This document shows, one piece after another, positions 37,761 through 54,412 of a DNA stretch of 64,000 nt. A model generated the notes under the pieces. The model did not search any database and was not told the origin of the DNA. It worked only from the letters and a program-made list of their open reading frames with translations. A program made the position numbers and the translations under genes. Every line of letters starts with the position of its first letter. Position 1 is the stretch's first letter. The stretch comes from Octopus vulgaris (lineage: Eukaryota): assembly GCA_951406725.2 (NCBI GenBank), contig OX597814.1, positions 158,348,001-158,412,000 of the forward strand. The letters run 5' to 3'.

Positions 37761-38554
37761 TGAACTGAAAGTCTTTCGCGTTTTTGATTCTAAATGGGAT
37801 TAAATTTACTTCATTTCAACACTTCAGAAAGTCACAGACGTTCTATAGTCGCGTTCCTTACTTTACAGTTTTAGTTTAGTGTCGATCTTTTTAAAGTAAC
37901 ATATCAGTACTTAAAGGATTATCACTTCAATTTACTTCAGAAAAAAGCGAACCAAGAGAAAGGCCTCCTACGAGCCATATTCTATCCTTTTATGTGTAGT
38001 AAGGATATACTGGATAATTTCATCTTGCATATATTGTACTTAGAACACACACACACACACACACATCGATATATGTTTTGTTGGTTTCAGCTAGAGGCTG
38101 AGTCCTGGCTGGAGCAACGCCGTTCTCTTAAAGATGTTTACAGCACTTAGGTTTCCCTAGCGTTCACCCAAGTTCTGAGTTCTACGTTACTTGACGTTAC
38201 AGGCATACATACATAAATGCATACATGCATGCATTCATATATGCATACATAAGTACGTACGTACATGCATACATACATACATACATACATACATACATAC
38301 ATACATACATACATACATACATACATACATACATACATACATACATGTCTATACGTTTGATAAATGACGTTTCGATGCATCTTTCTCGTTTGTTAGCGTG
38401 GTACACGTAGTAGATATGATTAGTAGCTGGTTAGTTGTTTGGTTGGTTTTTTGGCTGGTGGGTCGGTTGGCTGGTTGGTTGGTTGGTTGGTTGGTTGGTT
38501 GGTTGGTTGGTTAGTTGGTTGAAAATCTCCAAGCACGCTTTCTATTGTACAGAC

Positions 38555-38714
38555 CAGTGGTTCTAAACCTGGAGTCCCCGGACCCCTGATGATACCCAAA
38601 GTTAGTACTGGAGGTCCGTGAACTAAATTTAAAAATTCATATATCTTTTTAGGAATAAGATTAAGCATGTTTATTTAAATAAAAAGGGTTAGGAACCACT
38701 GTTGGGAACCACTA
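38555..38714. mobile_element. hAT/Charlie-like MITE with 8-bp TSD and duplicated right TIR
   Basis: CAGTGGTTCTAAACC ... GGTTAGGAACCACTG-TTGGGAACCACTA; TSD GTACAGAC (38547-38554) / GTATAGAC (38715-38722). Confidence 0.8.
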
Positions 38715-38836
38715 GTATAGACAGACATAGAGAGAGACCGACAGATAGACAGACAGACAAAGAAAGAGAGCGAGAGATAGACTGAGCGACAAGGATACGG
38801 AGAAAGAGAGAGAGAGTGGTGTATAAAATGAGAGAT

Positions 38837-38891
<55 letters not shown>

Positions 38892-39469
38892 GAGAGCTAT
38901 TACTTAATGTTTGAGATATATACGCACTCACTAAATCTGCTGGCAGGCAATGAGTAAAATAATGTTATATACATACAGTGAGGCAGAAAGGAACATAAAG
39001 ATAGAGGAGGCAGCGGAAGAGCGGGAGTGAATAACAGGCTAGTTATAGGAGGAATTGTACAAACGCAACTTATGCTTTTATTTAATTTTATTTTAGGGTA
39101 ATAGATATGTTTACCCTTTGAAAGTTATCATTCATTTAATTATTTTGCACAAATGCCCAGAAATTAGATAAATGTTAAATTACAATTATTCTTTGTATGC
39201 AATATTTTCTTATCTTATCGATGATGGCAAATTTATGCTTCCAAAGTTACTTGCCATATGACAAGAACCAGTTCTAGACAATACAATTATATAATAATGA
39301 CACTACGCAGTTTTCTGTATACACGATATACGCATATATATATATGAATATATATATAAACTTAGATAAACTTAGATATGTTTCGACCAATGATTGGTCC
39401 ATGCCATGTCTAACTTAAGAGCACCACCTAATAGGATTATTTGAATCATATATATATTTTTTTTTCTTT

Positions 39470-39881
39470 CTTTTTTCTTTTACTTGTTTCAGTCATTTGA
39501 CTGCGGCCATGCTGGAGCACCGCCTCTAGTCGAGCAAATCGACCCCAGAACTTATTCTTTGTAAGCCCAGTACTTATTCTATCGGTCTCTTTTGCCGAAC
39601 CGCTAAGTGACGGGGACGTAAACACACCAGCATCGGTTGTCAAGCAATGCTAAGGGGACAAACACAGACATACACACACACATACACACACACACATATA
39701 TATATATATATACATATATACGACAGGCTTCTTTCAGTTTCCGTCTACCAAATCCACTCACAAGGCATTGGTTGGCCCGGGGCTATAGCAGAAGACACTT
39801 GCCCAAGATGCCACACAGTTGGACTGAACCCGGAACCATGTGGTTGGTTAGCAAGCTACTTACCACACAGCCACTCCTGCG

Positions 39882-39883
<2 letters not shown>
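39470..39883 (-). mobile_element. tRNA-derived SINE, family 1, full length
   Basis: Near-identical to 4285-4683; the head abuts (TA)n. Confidence 0.9.
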
Positions 39884-39955
<72 letters not shown>

Positions 39956-39964
39956 GTTAGATAA

Positions 39965-40041
<77 letters not shown>

Positions 40042-41067
40042 ACAATCTTAGAAGTAATAATTTCTGTTAAACATTCCGGTTAGACCACAGAAATACATTA
40101 ATTAACCTGCAAATATTTGTAAACCAGTACTATATACACGATCAAAGGTTTCTAGAAATACTGCAGATGCTCAACCACGAACTTCAATAAATCTTCAGTC
40201 AAAAGTTCATTATTTTTGTTTTATTTCAATTTCTACTTCATAAAAGTTGTTCAAAAACTGTAGGAGATTGAATAGTCCGAGACTTCAAACACGATGTTAA
40301 AGAGAACAGTAATGAAAGAAGGTTAAATCTTGTGACAATACCAGTTAATTTCTCGAAATTCGTTTATGCATCATATAAACGGATTCATTAGAAGTTCAAT
40401 TTTTCGAACCTTGTGAATGCTTTAAGGTCTACTACGTATATAAAACGTTTAACCAAGCTATACAAAATCTAGTGACAAGAAATTCAACTAATCTTAGGTA
40501 TTTTGAAAGAATATTTAGATGAAGAATAGGTTGGGAAAATAATAATGACGTATAGACTGAGAGCAACTAGTCGAATACAATCTCTTTTGGAAAAATATGA
40601 TTTGTTACTGCGCAAATTATTGTTGTGGATTCGAGGATGAAGTTATTGAGGCAGTATCAAATATCCCCTAAAATATCTAGAATATATGACGGGAATTTTT
40701 GTCAATTTCTTGAATTGTGAGACATGGAAGTTAACGATATATATTATTTCAAGGATAGACAAGTAACATGCATGTGGTGAGGTTGATGACCAAAGCAAAC
40801 AGATGAAACTAAGACATAAATCAAAGAATACTTTGTATGAGGATTTCAAACACCCAGATGCATGTACATCCTCCTTGAACACAATAAATATTTACGAACA
40901 CATTTCTCCTGTTCCAGTAGAAAAACGTGTTGAGATCGGTCGGAGAGACCTTCGTCTTCCTGAGTTTTAGAATCTGCCTCGCGATTAAACAATATTGCCT
41001 GGTCCTGTGTGTTTTTAGCAGCTTTCACTTTTAAAAAGCATTCATTGTCGGTGTTTCTATCCCTAAC

Positions 41068-41475
41068 CTACCTACTGTCTTCGTGCTTGACATTTTTATA
41101 GAGGATACATTTCTCGTCACCAGTTACTATTGGGTCCAAAAAAGGTTCATTCGTGAGACGTGACAGCAAAGAAAAACAAACATTCATTCTCTGCGCGCGA
41201 TTATAGTCGAAAAGTTTGTGAGGAACCCATTGACCCAATTTGCTGATTTTTCCGATGGCACACACGTGACGGTGAATGATTGAATGACAAAATCCAAGCT
41301 TTTCTGCAAGTTCCTTAATAGTTGCGAAGGGATTTTGTTCCACAAGGGTTTGCAGGACATCCTCGTTGAACTCTACAGAAATTCCAGGTCGATGCTTGTA
41401 TTCTAGACTGTAGTTTCCGGCTCGGAATTTCTGGAACCACTGTTGACGCTGGCTTACGCTTATTGTCCGATCCAC
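41068..41475 (-). pseudogene. Mariner (Mos1/SETMAR-like) transposase internal fragment
   Basis: WFQKFRAGNYSLE, KLGQWVPHKL (WVPHEL motif) and FLDPIVTGDEKCILY (first catalytic D). Confidence 0.88.
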
Positions 41476-44318
41476 GTGGAATTACATACCTTTGTACTAA
41501 TGTGGCAAGTATGGGTGCCTCTTGCAGCAGGTTTTACAGTATTCTTTTGGTGAACCTTCCTTTGGCATTTCAGTACGCTGTCTGATGCACATTCCTTTTT
41601 ACACCACCCTGTGAGGGGAGGTGCCGTTTAATGCATTGCTAACACTCTCAGTGTTTGGATAGGTTCTCTGATGATTTCTAAGGCCTACCTTACTTAAACT
41701 GGTACCAGACTCGTTACAATGGGGCTGTATACCAAAATATTCGTACCAAATTAGCATCAGTATATCCTAAAGAACATCTCTCTGAAACTTACGAATTCCC
41801 TACTTGCATTATGTACTGCATTCTTTCACAATATACAATCGAGAGGGAGGTTTTTTTCCCATTTTCTAAGGCTTTACTTTTTCTAGTGTATCCGATGCAG
41901 TCCTCAAAACTTTACTCGGTTTTCAGCTCAGGTTTTTTACTCTAGGTTTACTCACAGTATCAAATTGCTTAGGGTTCTGATCATCTTCTATCCCCAGTAC
42001 ATAACCTCTCCGTCCACTCACCCATCCATCCATCCAGCAATACATACATACATGCAATCATTCATACACAATACACACACGTGTGTGTGTGTTTATATTT
42101 ATGCATATACTCAGCTGAAAATCTACAAAGGTGACAAAAATTCTAAGAGTTTTGTAGGTCAAACTTATTAGATTTATCAATGTTGATAGTTTTCAGGATC
42201 TAAATTAAAAAAGATCTACCTCTGAATTTTGATCTTTGTTTATCTTGTTTGAACGTATGTGCCTACATATATTTAAAGAGCATACGCATATAATAGCAGT
42301 CCCAAACATTGTCTTGTGATGCACTAAACTCTGAAATATAATAGGTATAGAATAAGAATATAATCGTGACATTATAGCAAATTTTATGTTTGCCCTCTTC
42401 CGCTCTGACATCAACAAAATGTCTATCCAAACTATTCAGATTAAAAATAGCAACATACCTGGAATGTAACTGCACACCTGCTAAACGAGTCTGCAAGAGA
42501 GCAGAAATGTGGTATTTCTGGTGCAACGCTTCTATAGGCGTTACTTAGTCAATCCACCGATGACCTGAATATTTTTAAATCTAATCGATCACCAATGATT
42601 GGTGGGGAATGGAACACAAGTGTAGCAGCTCAAACTATTAAAATGATCATTTTAAAGAGCATCAACGAGAAAAGAAAACACGATTATAATCTTCAGGCAT
42701 AAAGTCTGCAGTAACAAACTAATTCAGAAAAGTGCTGCAACATCTCCAATTTCATAGTGATATGTTTAAATGTTTTTATTAGCTGATAACATTTAAAGTA
42801 CAAATAGCAGACTCGAAGTGAAAACACTTTATGCGATAAGCATATATTAGATGAGCGAGAAAATATATGCAGATAAGCCGTTTACTATTTATATTTATTT
42901 CCTACGTAATGAACAAATCGACATTTCTGATTTTACTTTAACTTTTATTCGGCATGCTTATTAAATATAATAAGTAGGTTGTTAAAATAAGTTCTGATAT
43001 TGCCCGTATTCAGAGAATTTGATATTATGGCTGAATAGTATTGAGAAAACCGTAGTAAATGATGTACAATCTAGGATAAATAAACAATAATAAAATAATT
43101 ATTAAGATAAAGGTGAACATATATCATATTCATATCGAAACAAGAATGCCAACCAGCCGAAAAATCTGTAGATAAATATACGCATATCAAAAATCCAATA
43201 CCCACGAGATTTTTATCAAACAAATTTGATAAAAAAAAGTTATATATGCTTCAGAAAAATAAACGAAGAATAGTATATGCATCATCAACAGAGAAAAGAG
43301 AATATCTAACATAGATATCAGAATTATCTTAATTTGATAAAATTTTATTCATCCGTGTTATGAATAGAAGTAGCTAAGATTTATGTCTAATCACAGATAA
43401 CAATATTGTATATTATATCAATGGGTGCTAATACGCAGCGCCAAGAGTTTCATGCATGACTAAGCTGCATTTTGATCTATCCAAAAAGTTCAATGAAATA
43501 AATATTAGCTACCTGTTATTGAAAACATACTAGATAAAACTACTAGAATAAAATCGCGTTGAGACAGTTACGATAATAAATGTGAGCAGAAGCATGAGAA
43601 ATTGTGAATTCTGAGTGAAAAGCTTACTCAACAAGCTTAAATTTGTCGCTGAGAGAAAACACGTCTGCATTTGAAAACAAACCAGTTTTACCCTTTATTA
43701 TAATCAATATATGAAAAATCTACTCCTTGATCAAAACTGCATTCGCTGCAGAGTATGTTCTGATATACTACACGTGGTTGCAAAAGAGAGATGTGAATTC
43801 TATTTTACTATAAGAGTGTGTATATACATCTGCTGTACGAAGTCGCTGCTCTTATACGTATTTGTAGATACTCGTAAATTTATACTATGGAATATCGTTG
43901 GTGATGAGAGCAGTAATATTTTTTTTTATTTTAAGCTTCAAACAGGATCTTGTACACAGTTAACCAAAAGTTTAATTCATCATCTTTCTTTCGCCCGACT
44001 ACGGCCCAGTGTTTTATTCTCGGAGTTCTTAAGGTGGTAATAGCGTCTTTTTGCATCCATTTTTCCAGCGCGTAGAGAGGCTTATAGCCAATCCTTCATT
44101 ATTATGTATATAATTAAAATATTCGTAAAATTTATCTATAAGGATTTTATTTCCGCTCTGACCTCCTGGTAAAATCATGAATGATTTTTGCCCTTTATTA
44201 TAATATATGTGTGTGTTTGTGTATGTGTATGTGAGAGAAAGAGAGAGTTGTATGATATATAGATCAAACATTATTTAATATTGAACTCAATGATCTGTGT
44301 GAGAAGAAGTTGACAGTC

Positions 44319-45555
44319 TGCGAGGGTCGACTGAAAAGGGCAGAGGCTGACCAAGATATTTTCATGAAATGTGATCAAATGCGGTTTAGTTTTCAACATA
44401 GTCCCCGTAGCGGTTCACACACTTCTTTCATTGGTGTTGCTGTGCTTGGATCCCATCGGTGAGGAAGCTTTCATCCTGTTGCTCAAAAAAGTCATCAACA
44501 GCAGATGTAACGTCTTCGTCACTACTGTACGTGTTCACTTGTCAAGTGTTATTTCGCGCCAGCGAACAGATTACAGTCAGATGGGGCCAAATCAGGAGCA
44601 CAGGGGCAGCTCAAAGATACATTCACGCACACCAGCCTTTGAAACCAAGAACTTGTATGCTGGAGTATTGTCCCCATGGAACAAGACCCCTTTCGTCATT
44701 TCCTTTGACGTTTGATCTTCGTAACTTTCGAAACTGCCCCAGCTGGTGCGAATAGTACTTTCCATTGATGGTGTGGACTTTTGGAACACAGTCAATAATC
44801 ACAATGTCATTTGCATTCCAAAATACTGAAGCTACATGAAACAACCATGATCTTCTTTTGGGGAAGATGAGGAGGGGTGCTTCCATTGCATGGATTATCT
44901 TTGTCTCTGGTTCAAAGTGATGGAGCCAACACTCATACTGGTTTAGAAAACATTCAAAGAACCAAGCTGGATCTGCCTCAAACAACGTCAGATTTTTCCG
45001 TGACGTGATCAACCTGGTGCGCTTTTGATCAGGTGTCAGAAGACTGCACCAACTGAGCAGAAACTTTCATCATAGCAAGTTCATTGCAGAATATTATCAA
45101 TGCTTCTATGGGATATGCTAATAGCAGTTATTATTTGATTTATAATCAATAGTCTGTTATCCATTATCTGCGTTAACACAAGGTGAATGCAAGCAATTTT
45201 TAACTAGGAGGTAGTAGTTGCAGGACGTCCATAACTTGGATCATCTTCGAAACTCTCTCTTCAATTTTTAAATTCAGCTGCCCACATTTGCACTGTTAAT
45301 AAAGCTGGAGCGTTATCGCCATGTCAGCATGAATTTCCTTGGGAGATAAACCCTTTTTTCTACACGTATTTGATGCGATGCGAAATTTTATCTATTTTCA
45401 AGAGAAGTCGCTACTAGTAACGTTGTTATTTTTTTTGAACAGTCAGATGTTAGTTTACCTAGAGAAAAACAATTCAGTTATTAATGCGTTGAAATTAATG
45501 CATGCAAGATTTCACAGCTCTAGCATCACTCCTTCACAGCCAGCTCACCTTCGTA
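44319..45555 (-). mobile_element. Near full-length degenerate mariner element
   Basis: ECWLHHFEPETK, ASVFWNAND..HTINGKYY, GVLFHGDNTPA and DLAPSD motifs; ends resemble TACGAGGG TIRs; about 1.24 kb. Confidence 0.8.
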
Positions 45556-48500
45556 CAGACCGGAGTGTCTCCCCGGTCAGGGTAACAATCATGAACAGTG
45601 GAGTCTGCGACGAAACTTTTGATCAGATTCTCAATTTTTGATATATCATGTGTAATTAACATCATAGGAAAAAGAACATTGTCGATTGTCTACAAAATTG
45701 AAAAAAATTAGACACTGAGTAGATTTTTTTCTCATTTATTGTATTCTTCTTTGTAGCTATTTGGTTTAATGTTCTCTACATTAAACATTTATTACATAGT
45801 AGAGAAAGAAACAACAATTACAACAAATAATTTTGGAGCTGTATTTGAAATCATGTGTTGAAAGTGAAGCATTGTGGAAGAAGCATTTCATTTATGATCT
45901 GGTCAACACAAAGTTCCAATGCAACTGCTATGGAACTGCGTCAGTGATCTGGTCATTGCTGTGCCATATTTTGACAGGTAAGGGAATAAATTTCAAATTC
46001 AAATGGAAGTGAAACTAATATCTTTGCGCATCATTAAACGGCTCTTCCACAATATAGTGACTACAAATAATATTGTAAGAATTTAAAGTTGCACAAAGAG
46101 TTATATGTTTTCATAAAAGCGTAAACAGATTTTAAATATCTGGGTTAAATATGGTGAGCTTAGGCATCTAAAGCCATCTATTCAAAGAAGCATGGAAAAC
46201 ACTATCAGTTTAGATTAATTTTTAAAAGAAATATGCTGATTTGATATTAAAGTCATTGCTTCTAAAATATTTTTAAAATGAAAATATTTTTAAAATGAAA
46301 ATTTTTCATATATACTACATATAAATTGAGACTTGGAAAACAATGTAACAACAAACAGGCTGTTATTGCAGTGAGTTTAGTTTATAGATTTATGATATAC
46401 TTTCATCAATATAATTTCTCGTTCACACAAAGATATTTTCGAAGTATTTGAACTTCTGACACATAAACTCCACATTTTGTCTATTAATAGTAGAATTAGA
46501 ATAGCTGGTGTGTTACAAGGAGCTTTTGTTTATATTTGCAACAAAATATCGAATTTTACTTTATTTATACATGCCATATCTTTTCCCTACTATTGAATGC
46601 CTTAAATCTTATATAATCTCAGAAACAGGAAACTTTAACTGGACATATTTTTGAGACTAAAGAATAAAAAAATGTCTGCATTGTAATTCTCTTGAAATAT
46701 TAACCAAGCATTTATCTTTAATGGATAAACTGAACTATATCAATGTTATTTATTAGAATGGAATCTGGAATTCTATTTGCAATCGAAGCTGACATTTGCC
46801 AGACTTAATTATTTTCTATAGATCTCTAAACTGATAAAAGCCACCTACAAATTCTTTGGTTATGTTACAAAAGAGGATAAATGGATGGATACTATGAATG
46901 TAACAACTTAAAAGACAACTGGTCTGTTAAAGAATTTCATAAAATTGGAAACTACGGCATGGACACTATAGAATATATAAAAAGAAGAAAATCGTTGAGA
47001 ATTAACTACGGCTATGTTTTACTGTTTAGTTACATTAAAATGCTAGTGAAACTTTAATGCAGTATATAGTGTATCATGTGTACGCACAAAATAAGCAGTG
47101 AGAACTTAGAAAGGATACAAGTATCCGCATTTGGTACATTTTTCATGTAATCTAATATTCTAATCTTCGAAATGTGAATAGCAGTGATGTCTGTCAAGTT
47201 GTCAGATTAAATTGAAAATTTAATTTCCTCATGCAGTCGAAGATGTCAGAGTGTGATTGAAGCTAAAGGACTTCACGCTAAATATTAAATAATTCCAGTA
47301 TTCTCTGTCATCTTTGATTATTTTGTTATTTTTTCAATCGTTCTGATCATTTTGGCCGCCATGGGTTTTGCAGTAAATCACTAAATCATCGATAACTTTT
47401 GTATTATCCTCTCAAATTACACCAAAATCTCAGATAATAACAATTAATATTGTATTTATTGTCTGTAAAAATTATAGAATATAAAACTACTTTGATAAAA
47501 ACTTATACTTACTTTTCCGACGAAAACAATGCCGTTCTGAACATTTTGGCCGCAACTGTATATCTTATTAAATATTAGAACTAACGGCCAAAAGTATGTA
47601 ATATTTTTGAATCAGTCTATTCATATACCTGATTTAGTTATACGATTTATAAAAGTGGAATTTAAATACAATGATACAGTGCTCATTTAGGATTAGGTTA
47701 AGTGTTTGCTAAAAAGAACATAATGCGATTTGAAACTATTGTCAAGTGGAATTCTCTTTTCATGACCATAGTGATGTTGTAAAAATAAGACCGACGTTTA
47801 AGATTGTCGAAAGCATCATTAATGCAAAGATGGTTAAATCTAAAGTTTAGCAAGAAAAATATCAATGCTGAAGTTTTTCCAGATATTTGCACTGTTAAGT
47901 TAAAAATCAATGCGCATTTCACAAGCTCATTCCCATTTAAACATAAGCTATAATTACACACGCTTTAATAATGCTTGTCTGTACTTGATTCACTTTTTAA
48001 CATCAGCCTCAGAACTTACTATCTAGAGTATTAATTATTCCAGCTATGATGTTGCTAAATACATCTAACAGATGTAAATGATTGCCTGATTACTAAATCA
48101 ACTTCTGATGTATTGATCATAAAGCTAATTACACCCTAAATTTGTGGTCGTATAAAATATCTCAGCTTTAATTTTTCTGGAGCTATATGGTATAAAGTTT
48201 TGTCAGAATAATAATTTAAACACTCGATAAAATATTGATTGAAATAAGTAATGGTTTAGATATCACCAGTTCAACACTCTTAAGGATGGTGTCTCAGTAA
48301 GACTACAGTCCAATTTGTGAAACTTATAAAAGAATTTTAAAAACTGGAGAGTTTGTTGGTTGTGAAATCAGTTCGAGCGACTACGTAGAGGCAATCCTAA
48401 TAATTTTTAAATGTACTTCTGTTAAACAAGAAACGAAGATGAATATCATGCCATACTCATAGAAACATGTATTTTTGATACATTTGGAGAAAGTAAGCAG

Positions 48501-48614
48501 ATTTGCCTGTATGGAACTATATTAAATACCTTAACTGATAAGTGGATGTTTATACAAGAAATATCGCTACCGCAACCCCACTGTCAAAAGTTTGATAATT
48601 TTTCTCATTCGTAT

Positions 48615-48617
48615 CTG

Positions 48618-48684
<67 letters not shown>

Positions 48685-48685
48685 G

Positions 48686-48716
<31 letters not shown>

Positions 48717-48718
48717 GC

Positions 48719-48788
<70 letters not shown>

Positions 48789-48830
48789 GTCTTTCTGTCT
48801 GTCTGTCTATCTATCTATACATTTATCTAT
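48615..48830. repeat. (TATC)n microsatellite
   Basis: Directly visible. Confidence 0.97.
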
Positions 48831-48898
48831 CTTTTTACATACATACGTACACACATATGATGGGTTGATATGCAATATATTTAAATATAATTAACGCG

Positions 48899-49320
48899 TA
48901 TATATAATATATTAATATATAAAACAAATGTAGATCTCAATACAAGAAACAAAAGACAAATCATTAAAACAAGAAATATAATATATAAAGAATGTGCTGG
49001 ATCAATTTAATGTCCCATCCTTAAGAAATCTTCGGTGGACAGAAATTCATAATTGAAGATGATAGGCGAAATTATTCACTTCTAGCTTGATAAAGATTTG
49101 ACATGACTTCCCTATACGTTTTGAAAGTATACATTTATATGTCATTGTCTTTAAAGAAAAAAAGCTGCCAAGAAACATGTAGTGTCGTACATTCTCAGAA
49201 TGCATTGTGAATAAATGAACGAATAACCATAAATTTGAATTTCAATAATTGCATATGTATAGTTAGAAAATGTTTATCTTATATTAAACTTATTAATACT
49301 TCTTGATAGTTATATATATA
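48899..49320 (+). repeat. Left arm of a ~420-bp near-perfect inverted repeat
   Basis: Reverse complement of 54413-54832, with about 3 differences seen. Confidence 0.95.
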
Positions 49321-49379
49321 TATATGTAAAATAATATATACGGACCGACAGAAAAGAAAGGAGTCATGGAGGAGTTGCT

Positions 49380-50189
49380 ATGTACATCCGTGAGGACCTC
49401 ACACCCCAGGTTTTTCTGTCATACTCAAACTCGGTGTGTGACACACTAATTGTACATGTAAGGCAACTTGGTGTAGTTGTGTGTGCTACATATCGCCCTC
49501 CAGATGCCCCAAGCCATATGGGCAAGTTTGAAGACTGCCTTATAAAAATAGAAGAAGTTCTAGTCACACTAGAACAGCACATGAGTGTACCTCTCATGGG
49601 AGACTTCAACCTACCCAATGTCAGATGGCCCGAGGGCCCTTCTCTCCCAGGAATGACACGATGTGAACGGGGACAGGCGAGGTCCCTCCTGAACCTCATC
49701 AACACCCTGTACATGGAGCAAGTAATACTCCAACCAACCAGGGCAGGTAACACACTGGATCTCTGCTTCACAAATAATATGGATCTCATCCATAATGTGA
49801 AAGTGACACCGACACTACTCTCGGATCACAACATGGTAGAGCTGACCATGTACGGGCCAAAGGAAAGCATGGACATGCAGCCTACAAGAAACTCTCAGAA
49901 TCTTTCCAGCTTGAACTTCAATAAGGCAAACTGGAAACAAATTGAGAAAGAGATCCTCAAACAAAACTGGCCTGAATGTCTCTCCTCGCCGGACATCGAC
50001 ATGAAACTTCAACAATTCATGTCTGTAATGCAAGCCATATACTACAAATGTTTCCCAGAGAGAAAGGCCACTATACACAAGAACAAAATCCCCAGAGAGA
50101 GGAAAATTCTAATGAGACGGCGCACAAAAATCTCAAATCGCCTAAACAAACAAATTGAAAGCAGTGAAAATGAAACTGTTGGAAATTGA
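49380..50189 (+). pseudogene. LINE ORF2 AP-endonuclease domain (partial)
   Basis: YRPP, GDFN, PTR, LDL and SDH motifs; frameshift near 50165. Confidence 0.9.
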
Positions 50190-52497
50190 AAACTGTCTGC
50201 AACTCTCCCATGAAAAGGAAAGAACAGACAAAGAAGCCTGGGCTATAGACAACATAAAATCTAACCCCAGAGCTTTCTACAGGTATGCCAAAGAAACAGC
50301 TACGGTGCACTGTAGGATAGGGCCACTCCTTGAAAGGGATGGCACACTCACAGGAAATCCAATGAGGGTAAATGAAATACTAAATGAGCAATTCAAGAGT
50401 GTTTTCACCCCACCCCTTGGGCATTTCCAGATCAGCAATCCAACTGACTTCTTCACCACTGCAGATATGGGGTCAGAGGCGGCGATGATTGATTACATCA
50501 ATATAAAGGAAGACGATGTAATAAAGGCTATAGATGAGATGGAAACAAACTCAGCTACTGGCCCCGATGGATTCCCAGCAATCCTTCTAAAAGTATGTAA
50601 GAGGGTCCTAGCAAGGCCACTGCGGTCTCTCTTTCAGAGCTTCCTTGCAACTGGCAAACTTCCAAGAAAACTGAAGGAAGGTAAAATATGCCCTATTCAT
50701 AAAGGAGGTAGCAGAGCGGAGGCCAAGAACTACAGACCTATCTCTCTAACCTCACACATCAGCAAGGTCATGGAACTAATAGTCAGAAGGAAACTAATCA
50801 CCTTCCTTGAAGAAAATGACTTGCTGCCTGACACCCAACATGGTTTCCGACCAGGAAGAAGCTGCTTAACTCAGCTCCTACAACACTATGACTGGGTGCT
50901 GAAACAACTGCTCAACCACTCAAATGTGGAAGTCATATATCTCGACTTTGCAAAGGCCTTTGATAAAGTCGATCATGATAAAGTCGATATGTCACAAACT
51001 GCGTGATCTTGGCATAGTTGGAAAATTGGGAGAATGGCTTCATGACTTTCTGAAGAATAGAAGTCAGGTGGTAGCAGCCAATGGGGCCACTTCCATTAAC
51101 ACGCAAATAGTGAGCGGTGTTCCGCAGGGCACTGTTTTGGGACCACTACTGTTCATAATGGCCCTCTCAGACATGCCCTCAGCCACGCAGAGAGCCACGA
51201 TCACAAGTTATGCAGATGATACAAAAGTTTCACAGGCAATACGATGGTTCCGGGTTCAGTCCCACTGCGAGGCATCTTGAGCAAGTGTCTTCTGCTATAG
51301 CCCCGGGCCGACCAATGCCTTGTGAGTGGATTTGGTAGACGGAAACTGAAAGAAGCCTGTCGTATATATGTATATATATATATGTGTGTGTTTGTGTGTC
51401 TGTGTTTGTCCCCCTAGCATCGCTTGACAACCGATGCTGGTGTGTTTACGTCCCCGTCACTTAGCGGTTCGGCAAAAAAGAGACCGATAGAATAAGTACT
51501 GGGCTTACAAAGAATAAGTCCCGGGGTCGAGTTGCTCGATTAAAGGCGGTGCTCCAGCATGGCCGCAGTCAAATGACTGAAACAAGTAAAAGAGAAAGAG
51601 AAAGAGAAAGAGAGAATACAGAACCCTGAAGACACTAAGCACCTGCAATGTGAGCTGGACGAAATATACAAGTGGGCTGAAAAGAATAGCATGCAGTTCA
51701 ATGCTGAAAAGTTTCAAGCTTTATACTATCAGCATGCAAAACTGAATGCAATACCCAATGAATACACTGGACCCGGAGGGATTGCAATCCCAGAGGCACA
51801 ATCAGTGCGTGACCTGGGTATTCACATGAGTGATGACGCGACCTTTCATGTACATGTTGCTAAACTGGCAAGGAAATGTAGACGGCTGGCTGGATGGATT
51901 CTTAGAACCTTTAGAACAAGAGAACAAGAAACCATGATGGTCCTCGGGAAGACACTTGTCCTAAGCCACTTTGACTATTGCTCTCAGCTATGGTCACCAT
52001 CCAGTGTCAAGTTGATCACAGAACTTGAGGCGATCCAACGAAGCTACACGAAGAAGATAGCCTCTGTGCAGCATATGAGCTACCGGGAAAGACTCAAGAG
52101 ATTAAAGCTCTATTCCCTGGAGCGCAGGCGAGAAAGATATGCCATAATATATATCTGGAAGATCCTGGAAGGACTTGTCCCAAACTTTGGCATCGTGAGT
52201 CACACAAATGCCAGAACCGGGGGCCACTGCGTAGTACCAAGGACTCCAAATTTGCCATCAAGATGTAGGACAAGATACTGTGATAGCCTGGGCTTCAGAG
52301 GCCCACAGCTCTTCAATATCCTCCCGAAGAATCTGAGGGACCTGCATGGTGTAGATGCGGATGTCTTTAAAGTAGGACTGGATCTCTTCCTGTCAGGTGT
52401 CCCGGATGGACCAACTTCACGGCAGGAGGTGCAGATGAGGGCAGCTGCATCGAACTCTCTCATGCATCAGATGGCGTTTGCTAAAAAGCATCCGTGA
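50155..52497 (+). pseudogene. LINE ORF2 reverse transcriptase and C-terminus, split over ORFs 50155..51006, 50924..51280 and 51691..52497
   Basis: Canonical RT blocks. A short TGATAAAGTCGAT duplication near 50960-50990 and the SINE insertion break the frame. Confidence 0.92.
51243..51614 (+). mobile_element. 5'-truncated SINE family 1 inserted in the LINE RT
   Basis: AATAC is duplicated at 51238-51242 and 51615-51619; removing the insert restores YADDTKVSQAIQNPEDT. Confidence 0.92.
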
Positions 52498-52590
52498 GGT
52501 AAAATCGTGTAGCAAACCAAATGGCGGTGCCCCAGCATGGCCACAGCTCATTAGCTGAAACTGGAAAAATCAAAATCAAATCAAAATCAA

Positions 52591-54402
<1,812 letters not shown>

Positions 54403-54412
54403 ATATATACAA

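Larger units (their letters stand above)
49340..52590 (+). mobile_element. 5'-truncated APE+RT LINE (CR1/L2/Jockey supergroup), frameshifted and interrupted by a SINE; (TCAAAA)n tail
   Basis: APE motifs GGVAMY, YRPP, GDFNLP, PTR..NTLDL and SDH. RT motifs GPDG, NYRPISL, QHGFR, LDFAKAFDKV, GVPQGTVLGPLLF and YADD. Confidence 0.95.

Noticed and set aside
48899-49320. Hammerhead within the inverted-repeat arm (GAAACATGTA; TTGAAGA..CGAAA)
   Set aside because: No properly spaced CUGANGA with closing stems.
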